DNA of 64,000 bases from the human T2T-CHM13v2.0 reference genome, Homo sapiens. Under the pieces are notes generated by a model. That model was not told where the DNA came from. It saw only the letters and a program-made list of their open reading frames with translations, and made no database searches. How positions within the stretch are numbered: the first letter of the stretch is position 1; the number at the start of each line of letters is the position of its first letter. Positions 12,690-28,700 of the stretch are shown here, piece by piece. Both the position numbers and the translations under genes were made by a program. Where the stretch lies: NCBI RefSeq assembly GCF_009914755.1, contig NC_060933.1; one strand, given 5' to 3'.

Positions 12690-14400
12690 CATTCGGATTG
12701 ATTCTATTGAATTCCCTTACACTCCATTACATTCCATTCCATTCGGGTAGTTTCCACTCCATTCCATTCCATTTCTCTCCATTCCATTGCACTCGGGTTG
12801 ATTCCATTCCATTGCATTCCACTCCATTCGGGTAGTTTCCACTCCATTCCATTCCATTCCTCTCCATTCCATTGCACTCGGGTTGATTCCATTCCATTGC
12901 ATTCCATTCCATTCCATTCAATTCCATTCCTTTCCATTCCATTCCATTACATTCGGATTGATTCTATCCAACTCCCTTACTCTCCATTACATTCGATTCC
13001 ATTCGGTTTGTTCCATTCCATTCCATTCCACTCCATTCCATTGCACTCGGGTTGATTCCATTCCATTCCATTCCATTCCATTCCATAAGATTCCATTCCA
13101 TTGCATTCCATTACATTCCATTCCCCTGCACTCGCGTTGATTCCATTCCATTCCATTCCATTCCATTCCATTCCGTTCCGTTCGGTTCCATTCCATTCCA
13201 TTCCATTCCATTCCGTTCCGTTCCATTCCATTCCATTCCATTCTATTCGGGTTAATTCCATTCCATTCCATTCGATTGCAATCGTGTTGATTCCATTCCA
13301 TTCTATTCCATTCCATTCCTTTCCATTCCATTACGGATGATTCCATTCCATTGCATTCCATTCCATTCCATTCCCCTGTACTCGGGTTGATTCCATTCCA
13401 TTGCATTCCAATCCATGCCCTTCCACTCGTGTTGATTCCATTCTTTCCATTCCATTCAAGTTGAATCCATTCCATTGCATTCCATTCCATTCGATTCCAT
13501 TCGATTGCACTCAGGTTGATTCCATTCCATTGCATTCCATTCCATTCAATTCCATTCCATTCCATTCCATTCCGTTCCATTCCATTCCATTACATTCGGA
13601 TTGATTCTATTCAATTCCCTTACACTCCATGACATTCCATTCCATTCGGTAGTTTCCATTCCATTCCATTCCATTCCATTCCTTTCCGTTCCATTCCATT
13701 CCATTCCATTCCATTCCATTCCATTCCATTCCGTTCCATTCCGTTCCGTTCCGTTCCATTCCATTCCATTCCATTCTATTCGGGTTAATTCCATTCCATT
13801 CCATTCGACTGCCATCGAGTTGATTCCATTCCATTCCATTCCATTCCATTCCATTCCATTCCGTTCCGTTCCGTTCCATTCCATTCCATTCCATTCCATT
13901 CCATTCCGTTCCATTCCATTTCGTTCCATTCCATTATATTCTGTATCATTCCATTCCATTCCATTCCATTCCATTCCATTCCATTCCATTCCACTCGTGT
14001 TGATTCCATTCCTTTCCATTCCATTCGGTTTGAAGGCATTCCATTCCATTCCATTCCATTCCATTCCATTCCATTGTACTCGGGTTGATTGCATTCCATT
14101 GCATTCCATTCCGTTACATTCCATTCCATTACATTCGGATTGATTCTATTCAACTCCCTTACATTCCATTACATTCCATTCCATTCGGGTAGTTTCCACT
14201 CCATTCCATTCCATTTCTCTCCATTCCATTGCACTCGGGTTGATTCCATTCCATTGCATTCCATTCCATTCGGGTAGTTTCCACTCCATTCCATTCCATT
14301 CCTCTCCATTCCATTGTACTCGGGTTGATTCCATTCCATTGCATTCCATTCCATTCCATTCAATTCCATTCCGTTCCATTCCATTCCATTACATTCCATT
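12690..14400 (-). repeat. ~270-bp block repeated at 1442-bp offset, each copy containing an internal 85-bp tandem duplication
   Basis: ORFs 12704/14146, 12717/14159. ATTCGGGTAGTTTCCACTCC occurs twice, 85 bp apart, in each copy (12741/12826; ~14183/14268). Confidence 0.8.
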
Positions 14401-15239
14401 ACATTCGGATTGATTCTATTCATCTCCCTTACTCTCCATTACATTCCATTCCATTCGGGTTGTTCCATTCCATTCCATTCCATTCCACTCCATTCCATTG
14501 CACTCGGGTTTATTCCATTCCATTCCATTCCATTCCATTCCATTCCATTCCATTCCGGAAGATTCCATTCCATTGCATTCCATTCCATTCCATTCCCCTG
14601 CACTCGCGTTGATTCCATTCCATTCAATTCCATTCCATTCCATTCCATTCCATTCCTTTCCGTTCCATTCCATTCCATTCCATTCCGTTCCGTTCCGTTC
14701 CGTTCCGTTCCATTCCATTCCATTCCTTTCCGTTCCATTCCATTCCATTCCCTTCCATTCCATTCCATTCCATTCCGTTCCGTTCCCTTCCGTTCCGTTC
14801 CGTTCCATCCCATTCCATTCCATTCTATTCGGGTTAATTCCATTCCATTCCATTCGATTGCAATCGAGTTGATTCCATTCCATTGCATTCCATTCCATTC
14901 CATTCCATTCCATTCCATTCCGTTCCATTCCATTTCATTACATTCAGGTTGATTCTATTCAATTCCCTTACACTCCATTATATTCCAATCCATTCTGGTT
15001 GTCTCCATTCCATTCCATTCCATTTCACTCCATTCCATTGCACTCGGGTTGATTCCATTCCATTGTATTCCATTCCATTCCATTCCGGATGATTCCATTC
15101 CATTGCATTCCATTCCATTCCATTCAAGTTGAATCCATTCCATTGCATTCCTTTCCATTCGATTCCATTCGATTGCACTCGGGTTGATTCCATGGCATTG
15201 CATTCCATTCCATTCCATTCCATTCCATTCCATTCCATT

Positions 15240-18200
15240 CCATTACATTCGGATTGATTCTATTCAATTCCCTTACACTCCATTACATTCCATTCCATTC
15301 GGGATGTTTCCATTCCATTCCATTCCATTCCACTCCATTCCATTGCATCAGGTTGATTGCATTCCATTCCATTCCATTCCATTCCGGATAATTCCATTCC
15401 ATTGCATTCCATTCCATTCCATTCCCCAGCACTCGAATTGATTCCATTCCATTCCATTCCATTCCATTCCATTCCATTCCATTCCATTCCGTTCCATTCC
15501 CTTCCATTCCATTCTATTCCGGTTAATTCCATTCCATTCCATTCGATTCCATTCCATTCCATTGCAATCGAGTTGATTCCATTCCATTCCATTCCATTCC
15601 GTTCCGGATGATTCCATTCCATTCCATTCCATTCCATTGCATTCCATTCCGCTGCAGTCGGGTTGATTCCATTCCATTCCATTCCATTCTGTTCAATTAC
15701 TTTCCATTCCATTCTATTCGGGTTAATTCCATTCCATTCCATTCCATTCCATTCTATTCGGGTTAATTCCATTCCATTCCATTCCATTCCATTCCATTCC
15801 ATTCCATTCTATTCCATTCCATTGCAATCGAGTTGAATCCATTGCATTTCATTCCATTCCATTCCATTCCATTCCATTCCGGAAGATTCCATTCCATTGC
15901 ATTCCATTCCATTCCATTCCCCTGCACTCGCGTTGATTCCATTCCATTCCATTCCATTCCATTCCATTCCGTTCCGTTCCGTTCCGTTCCATTCCATTCC
16001 ATTCCATTCCATTCCATTCCGTTCCGTTCCATTCCATTCCATTCCATTCTATTCGGGTTAATTCCATTCCATTCCATTCGATTGCAATCGTGTTGATTCC
16101 ATTCCATTCCATTCCATTCCATTCCATTCCATTCCATTCCATTCTATTCCATTCCATTCCATTCCTTTCCATTCCATTACGGATGATTCCATTCCATTGC
16201 AATCCATTCCATTCCATTCCCCTGTACTCGGGTTGATTCCATTCCATTGCATTCCAATCCATGCCCTTCCACTCGTGTTGTTTCCATTCTTTCCATTCCG
16301 TTCAAGTTGAATCCATTCCATTGCATTCCATTCCATTCGATTCCATTCGATTTCACTTGGGTTGATTCCATTCCATTGCATTCCATTCCATTCCATTCCA
16401 TTCCATTCCGTTCCATTCCATTCCATTACATTCGGATTGATTCTATTCAACTCCCTTACTCTCCATTACATTCCATTCCATTCGGGTTGTTCCATTCCAT
16501 TCCATTCCATTCCACTCCATTCCATTGGACTCGGGTTGATTCCATTCCATTGCATTCCATTCCATTCCATTCCATTCCATTCCGGAAGATTCCATTCCAT
16601 TGCATTCCATTCCATTCCATTCCCCTGCACTCGCGTTGATTCCATTCTATTCCATTCTATTCCATTCCATTCCCTTCCTTTCCGTTCCATTCCATTCCAT
16701 TCCATTCCATTCCATTCCGTTCCGTTCCGTTCCATTCCATTCCATTCCATTCTATTCGGGTTAATTCCATTCCATTCCATTCGATTGCAATCGAGTTGAT
16801 TCCATTCCATTCCATTCCATTCCATTCCATTCCATTCCATTCCATTCCATTCCTTTCCATTCCATTACGGATGATTCCATTCCATTGCATTCCATTCCAT
16901 TCCATTCCCCTGTACTCGGGTTGATTCCATTCCATTCCATTCCAATCCATGCCCTTCCACTCCTGTTGATTTCACTCTTTCCATTCCATTCTAGTTGAAT
17001 CCATTCCATTGCATTCCATTCCATTCGATTCCATTCGATTGCACTCGGGTTGATTCCCTTCCATTGCATTCCATTCCATTCCATTCCATTCCATTCCATT
17101 CCGTTCCATTCCATTCCATTACATTCGGATTGATTCTATTCAACTCCCTTACTCTCCATTACATTCGATTCCATTCGGGTTGTTCCATTCCATTCCATTC
17201 CATTCCACTCCATTCAATTGCAGTCGGGTTGATTCCATTGCATTCCATTCCATTCCGGAAGATTCCATTCCATTGCATTCCATTACATTCCATTCCCCTG
17301 CACTCGCGTTGATTCCATTCCTTTCCATTCCATTCCATTCCATTCCATTCCATTCCGTTCCATTCCATTCCATTCCATTCCATTCCATTCCGTTCCGTTC
17401 CATTCCATTCCATTCCATTCTATTCGGGTTAATTCCATTCCATTCCATTCCATTGCAATCGCGTTGATTCCATTCCATTCCATTCCATTCCATTCCATTC
17501 CATTCAATTCCATTCCGTTCCATTCCATTCCATTACATTCGGATTGATTCTATTCAACTCCCTTACTCTCCATTACATTCCATTCCATTCGGGTTGTTCC
17601 ATTCCATTCCACTCCATTCCACTCCATTCCATTGCACTCGGGTTTATTCCATTCCATTCCATTCCATTCCATTCCATTCCATTCCGGAAGATTCCATTCC
17701 ATTGCCTTCCATTCCATTCCATTCGCCTGCACTCGCGTTGATTCCACTCCATTCCATTCCATTCCATTCCATTCCATTCCATTCCATTCCTTTCCTTTCC
17801 GTTCCATTCCATTCCATTCCATTCCATTCCGTTCCGTTCCGTTCCATTCTATTCCATTCCATTCTATTCGGTTTAATTCCATTCCATTCCATTCGATTGC
17901 AATCGAGTTGATTCCATTCCATTCCATTCCATTCCATTCCATTCCATTCCATTCCATTCCGTTCCATTCCATTACGGATGATTCCATTCCATTGCATTCC
18001 ATTCCATTCCATTCCCCTGTACTCGGGTTGTTTCCATTCCATTCCATTCCATTCCATTCTATTCTATTCCATTCCATTCCATTCCGGAAGATTCCATTCC
18101 ATTGCATTCCATTCCATTCCATTCCCCTGCACTCGCGTTGATTCCATTCCATTCCATTCCATTCCATTCGGATCCGTTCCGTTCCATTCCATTCCATTCC

Positions 18201-21200
18201 ATTCCATTCCGTTCCATTCCATTCCATTCCATTCCATTCCATTCTATTCGGGTTAATTCCATTCCATTCCATTCAATTGCAATCGAGTTGATTCCATTCC
18301 ATTCCATTCCATTCCATTCCATTCCTTTCCATTACATTACGGATGATTCCATTCCATTTCATTCCATTCCATTCCATTCCCCTGTACTCGGGTTGATTCC
18401 ATTCCATTTCATTCCAATCCATGCCATTCCACTCGTGTTGATTCCATTTTTTCCATTCCATTCAAGTTGAATCCATTCCATGGCATTCCATTCCATTCGA
18501 TTCCATTCGATTGCACTCGGGTTGATTCCATGGCATTGCATTCCATTCCATTCCATTGCATTCCATTCCTTTCCATTCCATTCCATTCCATTCCATTCGG
18601 ATTCATTCTATTCAATTCCCTTACACTCCATTACATTCCATTCCATTCGTGTAGTTTCCATTCCATTCCATTCCATTCCTCTCCATTCCATTGCACTCGG
18701 GTTGATTCCATTCCAATCCATTCCATTCCATTCCATTCCATTCCGGATGATTGCATTCCATTGAATTCCATTCCATTCCATTTCCCTGCACTTGGGTTGA
18801 TTCCATTCCATTCCATTCCATTCCTTTCTGTTCCATTCCATTCCATTCCATTCCATTCTATTCGTGTTAATTCCGTTCCATTCTATTCCATTCCATTCCA
18901 TTGAAATCGAGTTGATTCCATTCCATTCAATTCCATTCCATTCCATTCCATTCCATTCCATTCCGGATGATTTCATTCCATTGCATTCCATTCCATTCCA
19001 TTCACCTGAACTCTGGTTGATTCCATTCCATTCCATTCCATTACATTCCATTCCATTCCGTTCCATTTCATTCTATTCGGGTTAATTCCATTCCATTCCA
19101 TTCCACTCCATTCCAGTCCTTTCCATTCCATTCCACTCGGGTTGATTCCATTCTATTCCTTTTAATTCCATTCCATTCCATTGCAATCGAGTGGATTCCA
19201 TTCGAGTTGAATCCATTCCATTCCATTCCATTCCATTCCATTGCACACGGGTTCACTCCATTCCATTCCATTCCATTCCATTCCATTCCATTCCATTCTA
19301 TTCCATTTCATTCCATTCCATTCTATTCCGTACCATTCCATTCCATCCCATTCCATTCCGTTCCATTCCATGCCATTACACTCGGGTTGATTCCATTCCT
19401 TTCCATTCCATTCTTGTTGAATCCATTCCATTCCATTCCATTCCATTCCATTCGAATCCATTCCATTGCACTCGGGTTGATTCCATTCCATTCCATTCCA
19501 TTCCATTTCATTCCATTCCATTCCATTACATTCGGATTGATTCTATTCAATTCCCTTACACTCCATTACATTCCATTCCATTCGGGATGTTTCCATTCCA
19601 TTCCATTCCATTCCACTCCATTCCATTGCATCAGGTTGATTGCATTCCATTCCATTCCATTCCATTCCGGATGATTCCATTCCATTGCATTCCATTCCAT
19701 TCCATTCCATTCCGTTCCGGATGATTCCATTCCATTCCATTCCATTCCATTCCATTCCATTCCATTCCCCTGCAGTCGGGTTGATTCCATTTCATTCCAT
19801 TCCATTCCATTCCATTCCATTCCATTCCGTTCAATTCCATTCCATTCCATTCTATTCGGGTTAATTCCATTCCATTCCATTCCATTCCATTCTATTCGGG
19901 TTAATTCTATTCCATTCCATTCCATTCCATTCCATTCTATTCCATTCCATTGCAATCGAGTTGAATCCATTGCATTTCATTCCATTCCATTCCATTCCAT
20001 TCCATTCCATTCCATTCCGGAAGATTCCATTCCATTGCATTCCATTCCATTCCATTCCCCTGCACTCGCGTTGATTCCATTCCATTCCATTCCATTCCAT
20101 TCCATTCCGTTCCGTTCCGTTCCGTTCCATTCCATTCCATTCCATTCCATTCCGTTCCGTTCCATTCCATTCCATTCCATTCTATTCGGGTTAATTCCAT
20201 TCCATTCCATTCGATTGCAATCGTGTTGATTCCATTCCATTCCATTCCATTCCATTCCATTCCATTCCATTCCATTCCTTTCCATTCCATTACGGATGAT
20301 TCCATTCCATTGCATTCCATTCCATTCCATTCCCCTGTACTCGGGTTGATTCCATTCCATTGCATTCCAATCCATGCCATTCCACTCGTATTGATTCCAT
20401 TCTTTCCATTCCGTTCAAGTTGAATCCATTCCATTGCATTATATTCCATTCGATTCCCTTCGATTTCACTCGGGTTGATTCCATTCCATTGCATTCCATT
20501 CCATTCCATTCCATTCCATTCCATTCCATTCCATTCCGTTCCATTCCATTCCATTACATTCGGATTGATTCTATTCAACTCCCTTACTCTCCATTACATT
20601 CCATTCCATTCGGGTTGTTCCATTCCATTCCATTCCATTCCACTCCATTCCATTGGACTCGGGTTGATTCCATTCCATTCCATTCCATTCCATTCCATTC
20701 CATTCCGGAAGATTCCATTCCATTGCATTCCATTCCATTCCATTCCCCTGCACTCGCGTTGATTCCATTCTATTCCATTCTATTCCATTCCATTCCCTTC
20801 CTTTCCGTTCCATTCCGTTCCATTCCGTTCCGTTCCGTTCCATTCCATTCCACTCCATTCTATTCGGGTTAATTCCATTCCATTCCATTCGATTGCAATC
20901 GAGTTGATTCCATTCCATTCCATTCCATTCCATTCCTTTCCATTCCATTACGGATGATTCCATTCCATTGCATTCCATTCCATTCCATTCCCCTGTACTC
21001 GGGTTGATTCCATTCCATTCCATTCCAATCCATGCCCTTCCACTCGTGTTGATTCCATTCTTTCCATTCCATTCTAGTTGAATCCATTCCATTGCATTCC
21101 ATTCCATTCGATTCCATTCGATTGCACTCGGGTTGATTCCATTCCATTGCATTCCATTCCATTCCATTCCATTCCATTCCATTCCATTCCATTCCGTTCC

Positions 21201-24200
21201 ATTCCATTCCATTACATTCGGATTGATTCTATTCAACTCCCTTACTCTCCATTACATTCGATTCCATTCGGGTTGTTCCATTCCATTCCATTCCATTCCA
21301 CTCCATTCCATTGCACTCGGGTTGATTCCATTACATTCCATTCCATTCCGGAAGATTCCATTCCATTGCATTCCATTACATTCCATTCCCCTGCACTCGC
21401 GTTGATTCCATTCCTTTCCATTCCATTCCATTCCATTCCATTCCATTCCATTCCTTTCCATTCCATTCCATTCCATTCCATTCCATTCCGTTCCGTTCCA
21501 TTCCATTCCATTCCATTCTATTCGGGTTAATTCCATTCCATTCCATTCCATTGCAATCGTGTTGATTCCATTCCATTCCATTCCATTCCATTCCATTCAA
21601 TTCCATTCCGTTCCATTCCATTCCATTACATTCGGATTGATTCTATTCAACTCCCTTACTCTCCATTACATTCCATTCCATTCGGGTTGTTCCATTCCAT
21701 TCCATTCCATTCCATTCCATTCCATTGCACTCGGGTTTATTCCATTCCATTCCATTCCATTCCATTCCATTCCATTCCATTCCGGAAGATTCCATTCCAT
21801 TGCATTCCATTCCATTCAATTCCCCTGCACTCGCGTTGATTCCACTCCATTCCATTCCATTCCATTCCATTCCATTCCATTCCATTCCATTCCATTCCGT
21901 TCCGTTCCGTTCCATTCTATTCCATTCCATTCTATTCGGGTTAATTCCATTCCATTCCATTCGATTGCAATCGAGTTGATTCCATTCCATTCCTTTCCAT
22001 TCCATTCCATTCCATTCCATTCCATTCCTTTCCATTCCATTACGGATGATTCCATTCCATTGCATTCCATCCCATTCCATTCCCCTGTACTCGGGTTGAT
22101 TCCATTCCATTCCATTCCATTCCATTCTATTCCATTCCATTCCATTCCATTCCGGAAGATTCCATTCCATCGCATTCCATTCCATTCCATTCCCCTGCAC
22201 TCGCGTTGATTCCATTCAATTCCATTCCATTCCATTCCATTCCATTCCATTCCGATCCGTTCAATTCCATTCCATTCCATTCCATTCCATTCCGTTCCAT
22301 TCCATTCCATTCCATTCCATTCCATTCCATTCTATTCGGGTTAATTCCATTCCATTCCATTCAATTGCAATCAAGTTGATTCCATTCCATTCCATTCCAT
22401 TCTATTCCATTCCTATCCATTACATTACGGATGATTCCATTCCATTTCATTCCATTCCATTCCATTCCCCTATACTCGGGTTGATTCCATTCCATTCCAT
22501 TCCAATCCATGCCATTCCACTCGTGTTGATTCCTTTCTTTCCATTCCATTCAAGTTGAATCCATTCCGTTGCATTCCATTCCATTCGATTCCATTCGATT
22601 GCACTCGGGTTGATTCCATGGCATTGCATTCCATTCCATTCCATTCCATTCCATTCCATTCCTTTCCATTCCATTCCATTCGGATTCATTCTATTCAATT
22701 CCCTTACACTCCATTACATTCCATTACATTCGTGTAGTTTCCATTCCATTCCATTCCATTCCTCTCCATTCCATTGCACTCGGGTTGATTCCATTCCATT
22801 CCATTCCATTCCATTCCATTCCATTCCATTCCGGATGATTCCATTCCATTGAATTCCATTCCATTCCATTCCCCTGCACTTGGGTTGATTCCATTCCATT
22901 CCATTCCATTCCTTTCTGTTCCATTCCATTCCATTCTATTCGTGTTAATTCCGTTCCATTCTATTCCATTCCATTCCGTTGAAATCGAGTTGATTCCATT
23001 CCATTCAATTCCATTCCATTCCATTCCATTCCATTCCATTCCGGATGATTTCTTTCCATTGCATTCCATTCCATTCCATTCCCCTGCACTCTGGTTGATT
23101 CCATTCCATTCCACTCCATTACATTCCATTCCATTCCGTTCCATTTCATTCTATTCGGGTTAATTCCATTCCATTCCATTCCACTCCATTCCAGTCCTTT
23201 CCATTCCATTCCACTCGGGTTGATTCCATTCTATTCCTTTTAATTCCATTCCATTCCATTGCAATCCAGTGGATTCCATTCGAGTTGAATCCATTCCATT
23301 CCATTCCATTCCATTCCATTGCACACGGGTTCATTCCATTCCATTCCATTCCATTCCATTCCATTCCATTCCATTCTATTCCATTTCATTCCATTGCATT
23401 CTATTCCGTACCATTCCATTCCATCCCATTCCATTCCGTTCCATTCCATGCCATTACACTCGGGTTGATTCCATTCCTTTCCATTCCATTCTTGTTGAAG
23501 CCATTCCATTCCATTCCATTCCATTCCATTCGAATCCATTCCATTGCACTCGGGTTGATTCCATTCCATTCCATTCCATTCCATTTCATTCCATTCCATT
23601 CCATTACATTCGGATTGATTCTATTCAATTCCCTTACACTCCATTACATTCCATTCCATTCGGGAAGTTTCCATTCCATTCCATTCCATTCCACTCCATT
23701 CCATTGCATCAGGTTGATTGCATTGCATTCCATTCCATTCTATTCCGGATGATTCCATTCCATTGCATTCCATTCCATTCCATTCCCCAGCACTCGAATT
23801 GATTCCATTCCATTCCATTCCATTCCATTCCATTCCATTCCGTTCCATTCCATTCCATTCCATTCTATTCCGGTTAATTCCATTCCATTCCATTCGATTC
23901 CATTCCATTCCATTCCATTCCATTGCAATAGAGTTGATTCCATTCCATTCCATTCCATTCCGTTGCGGATGATTCCATTCCATTCCATTCCATTCCATTC
24001 CATTCCATTCCATTCCATTCCATTCCGTTCAATTCCATTCCATTCCGTTCTATTCGGGTTAATTCCATTCCATTCCATTCCATTCCATTCCATTCTATTC
24101 CATTCCATTGCAATCGAGTTGAATCCATTGCATTTCATTCCATTCCATTCCATTCCATTCCATTCCATTCCGGAAGATTCCATTCCATTGCATTCCATTC

Positions 24201-25720
24201 CATTCCATTCCCCTGCACTCGCGTTGATTCCATTCCATTCCATTCCATTCCATTCCATTCCATTCCGTTCCGTTCCGTTCCGTTCCATTCCATTCCATTC
24301 CATTCCATTCCATTCCGTTCCGTTCCATTCCATTCCATTCCATTCTATTCGGGTTAATTCCATTCCATTCCATTCGATTGCAATCGTGTTGATTCCATTC
24401 CATTCCATTCCATTCCATTCCATTCCATTCCATTCCATTCCTTTCCATTCCATTACGGATGATTCCATTCCATTGCATTCCATTCCATTCCATTCCCCTG
24501 TACTCGGGTTGATTCCATTCCATTGCATTCCAATCCATGCCCTTCCACTCGTGTTGATTCCATTCTTTCCATTCCGTTCAAGTTGAATCCATTCCATTGC
24601 ATTCCATTCCATTCGATTCCATTCGATTTCACTCGGGTTGATTCCATTCCATTGCATTCCATTCCGTTCCGTTCCATTCCATTACATTCGGATTGATTCT
24701 ATTCAACTCCCTTACTCTCCATTACATTCCATTGCATTCGGGTTGTTCCATTCCATTCCATTCCATTCCACTCCATTCCATTGGACTCGGGTTGATTCCA
24801 TACCATTCCATTCCATTCCATTCCATTCCATTCCGGAAGATTCCATTCCATTGCATTCCATTCCATTCCATTCCCTTGCACTCGCGTTGATTCCATTCTA
24901 TTCCATTCTATTCCATTCCATTCCCTTCCTTTCCGTTCCATTCCGTTCCATTCCGTTCCGTTCCGTTCCATTCCATTCCACTCCATTCTATTTGGGTTAA
25001 TTCCATTCCATTCCATTCGATTGCAATCGAGTAGATTCCATTCCATTCCATTCCATTCCATTCCATTCCATTCCATTCCTTTCCATTACGGATGATTCCA
25101 TTCCATTGCATTCCATTCCATTCCATTCCCCTGTACTCGGGTTGATTCCATTCCATTCCATTCCAATCCATGCCCTTCCACTGGTGTTGATTCCATTTTT
25201 CCATTCCATTCTAGTTGAATCCATTCCATTGCATTCCATTCCATTCGATTCCATTCGATTGCACTCGGGTTGATTCCATTCCATTGCATTCCATTCCATT
25301 CCATTCCATTCCATTCCATTCCATTCCGTTCCATTCCATTCCATTACATTCGGATCGATTCTATTCAACTCCCTTACTCTCCATTACATTCGATTCCATT
25401 CGGGTTGTTCCATTCCATTCCATTCCATTCCACTCCATTCCATTGCACTCGGGTTGATTCCATTACATTCCATTCCATTCCGGAAGATTCCATTCCATTG
25501 CATTCCATTACATTCCATTCTCCTGCACTCGCGTTGATTCCATTCCTTTCCATTCCATTCCATTCCATTCCATTCCGTTCCTTTCCATTCCATTCCATTC
25601 CATTCCGTTCCGTTCCATTCCATTCCATTCCATTCCATTCTATTCGTGTTAATTTCATTCCATTCCATTCCATTGCAATCGTGTTGATTCCATTCCATTC
25701 CATTCCATTCCATTCCATTC
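15240..25720 (-). repeat. ~4.1-kb higher-order repeat, about 2.5 tandem copies
   Basis: Rare variants recur with ~4.08-4.28 kb spacing: CATCAGGTTGATTGC (~15346, 19629, 23707), CATTGGACTCGGG (~16523, 20651, 24779), TTCTAGTTGAATCC (~16990, 21073, 25210). ORF pairs 18467/22555, 19068/23146 and 19207/23285 agree. Confidence 0.85.
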
Positions 25721-28700
25721 CATTCTATTCCATTCCATTGCAATCGAGATGAATCCATTGCATTTCATTCCATTCCATTCCATTCCATTCCATAACGGAA
25801 GTTTCCATTCCATTGAATTGCATTCCATTCCATTCCCCTACACTCGCGTTGACTCCATTCCATTCCATTCCATTCCATTCCGTTCCGTTCCATTCCATTC
25901 CATTACATTCCGTTCCGTTCCATTCCATTCCATTCCATTCTATTCGGGTTAATTCCATTCCATTCCATTCGATTGCAATCGAGTTGATTCCATTCCATTC
26001 CATTCCATTCCATTCCATTCCATTCCTTTCCATTCCATTACTGATTATTCCATTCCATTGCATTCCATTCCATTCCATTCCCCTGTACTCGGGTTGATTC
26101 CATTCCATTCCATTCCAATCCATGCCATTCCACTCGTGTTGATTCCATTCTTTCCATTCCCTTCAAGTTGAATCCATTCCATTGCATTCCATTCCATTCG
26201 ATTCCATTCGATTGCACTCGGGTTGATTCCATTCCATTGCATTCCATTCCATTCCATTCCATTCCATTCCGTTCCATTCCATTTCATTACATTCAGATTG
26301 ATTCTATTCAATTCCCTTACACTCCATTATATTCCAATCCATTCTGGTTGTTGCCATTACATTCCATTCCATTTCACTCCATTCCATTGCACTCGGGTTG
26401 ATTCCATTCCATTCCCTTCCATTGCATTCCATTCTATTCCATTCCGGATGATTGCATTCCATTGCATTCCTTTCCATTCCATTCCCCTGTACTCGGGTTG
26501 ATTCCATTCCATTCCATTCCATTAGATTCCGTTCCATTCCATTCCATTCCATTCGGATTGATTCTATTCAATTCCCTTACACTCCATTACATTCCATTCT
26601 GTTCGGGTAGTTTCCATTCCATTCCATTCCATTCCTCTCCATTCCATTGCACTCGGGTTGATTCCATTCCATTCCATTCCATTCCATTCCATTACATTAT
26701 ATTACATTCCGTTCCATTGTACTCTGGTTGATTCCATTCCATTGCATTCCATTCCATTCCATTCCATTCCATTCTATTCGGTTTAATTCCATTCCATTCC
26801 ATTCCATTCCATTCCATTCCATTCCATTCTATTCCATTCCATTGCAATCGAGTTGAATCCATTGCATTCCATTCCATTCCATTCCATTCCATTTCGGAAG
26901 ATTCCATTCCATTGCATTCCATTCCATTCCATTCCATTCCATTCCATTCCATTCCATTCCATTCCATTCCATTCCATTGTACTCGGGTTGATTCCATTCC
27001 ATTGCATTCCATTCCATTCCATTCCATTCCATTCCTTTCCATTCCGTTGCATTCCATTCCATTACATTCGGATTGATTCTATTCAACTCCCTTACTCTCC
27101 ATTATATTCCATTCCATTTGGGTTGTTCCATTCCATTCCATTCCATTCCACTCCATTCCATTGCACTCGGGTTGATTCCATTCCATTCCATTCCATTCCA
27201 TTCCATTCCGGATGATTCCATTCCATTGCATTCCTTTCCATTACATTCCCCTGCACTCGCGTTGATTCCATTCCATTCCATTCAATTCCATTCAATTCCA
27301 TTCCATTACAATTCGTTCCATTCCATTCTATTCCATACCATTCCATTCCATTCCATACCATTCCATTCCATTCCATTCCATTCCATTCCGTTCCATTCCG
27401 TTCCATTCCATTCCAATCCATTCTATTCGGGTTAATTCCATTCCATTCCATTCCATTCTATTCCATTCCATTGCAATCGAGTTGAATCAATTGCATTTCA
27501 TTCCATTCCATTCAATTCCATTCCATTCCGAAAGATTCCATTCCATTGCATTCCATTCCATTCCATTCCCCTGCACTCGCGTTGATTCCATTCCATTCCA
27601 TTCCATTCCATTCCATCCATTCCGTTCCGTTCCTTTCCATTCCATTCCATTCCATTCCATTCCATTCCGTTCCGTTCCATTCCATTCCATTCCATTCTAT
27701 TCGGGTTAATTCCATTCCATTCCATTCGATTGCAATCGAGTTGATTCCATTCCATTCCATTCCATTCCATTCCAATCGAGTTGATTCCATTCCATTCCAT
27801 TCCATTCCATTCCACTCCATTCCAGTCCTTTCCATTCCATTCCACTCGGGTTGATTCCAATGTATTCCTTTCCATTCCATTCCATTCCATTGCAATCGAG
27901 TTGATTCCATTGCTTTGCATTCCATTCCATTCCATTCCATTGCGGATGATTCCATTCCATTCCATTCCATTCCATTCCATTCCAATCCATTCCATTCCGT
28001 TCCGTTCCGTTCCATTCCATTCCATTCCATTCTATTCGGGTTAGTTCCATTCCATTCCATTCGGATTGTTGCATTCCATTCCATTCCATTCCACTCCATT
28101 CCATTGAACACGGGGTTATTCCATTCCATTCCATTCCATTCCATTCCATTCCATTCCATTCCATTCCGGAAGATTCCATTCCATTACATTCCATTCCATT
28201 CCATTCCCCTGCACTCGCGTTGATTCCATTCCATTCCATTCTATTCCATTCCATTCCCTTCCTTTCCATTCCATTCCATTCCATTCCATTCCATTCCGTT
28301 CCGTTCCATTCCATTCCATTCCATTCTATTCGGGTTAATTCCATTCCATTCCATTCGATTGCAATCGAGTTGATTCCATTCCATTCCATTCCATTCCATT
28401 GCATTCCATTCCATTCCATTCCATTTGGATTGATTCTATTCAATTCCCTTACACTCCATTACATTCAATTCAATTCGGGTAGTTTCCATTCCATTCCATT
28501 CCATTCCTCTCCATTCCTTTGCACTCGGGTTGATTCCATTCCATTCCATTCCATTCCATTACATTCCATTACATTCCATTCCATTCCGTTCCATTGTACT
28601 CAGGTTGATTCCATTCCATTGCATTCCATTCCATTCCATTCCATTCCATTCCATTCCATTCCGTTCCATTCCATTACATTCGGATTGATTCTATTCAACT

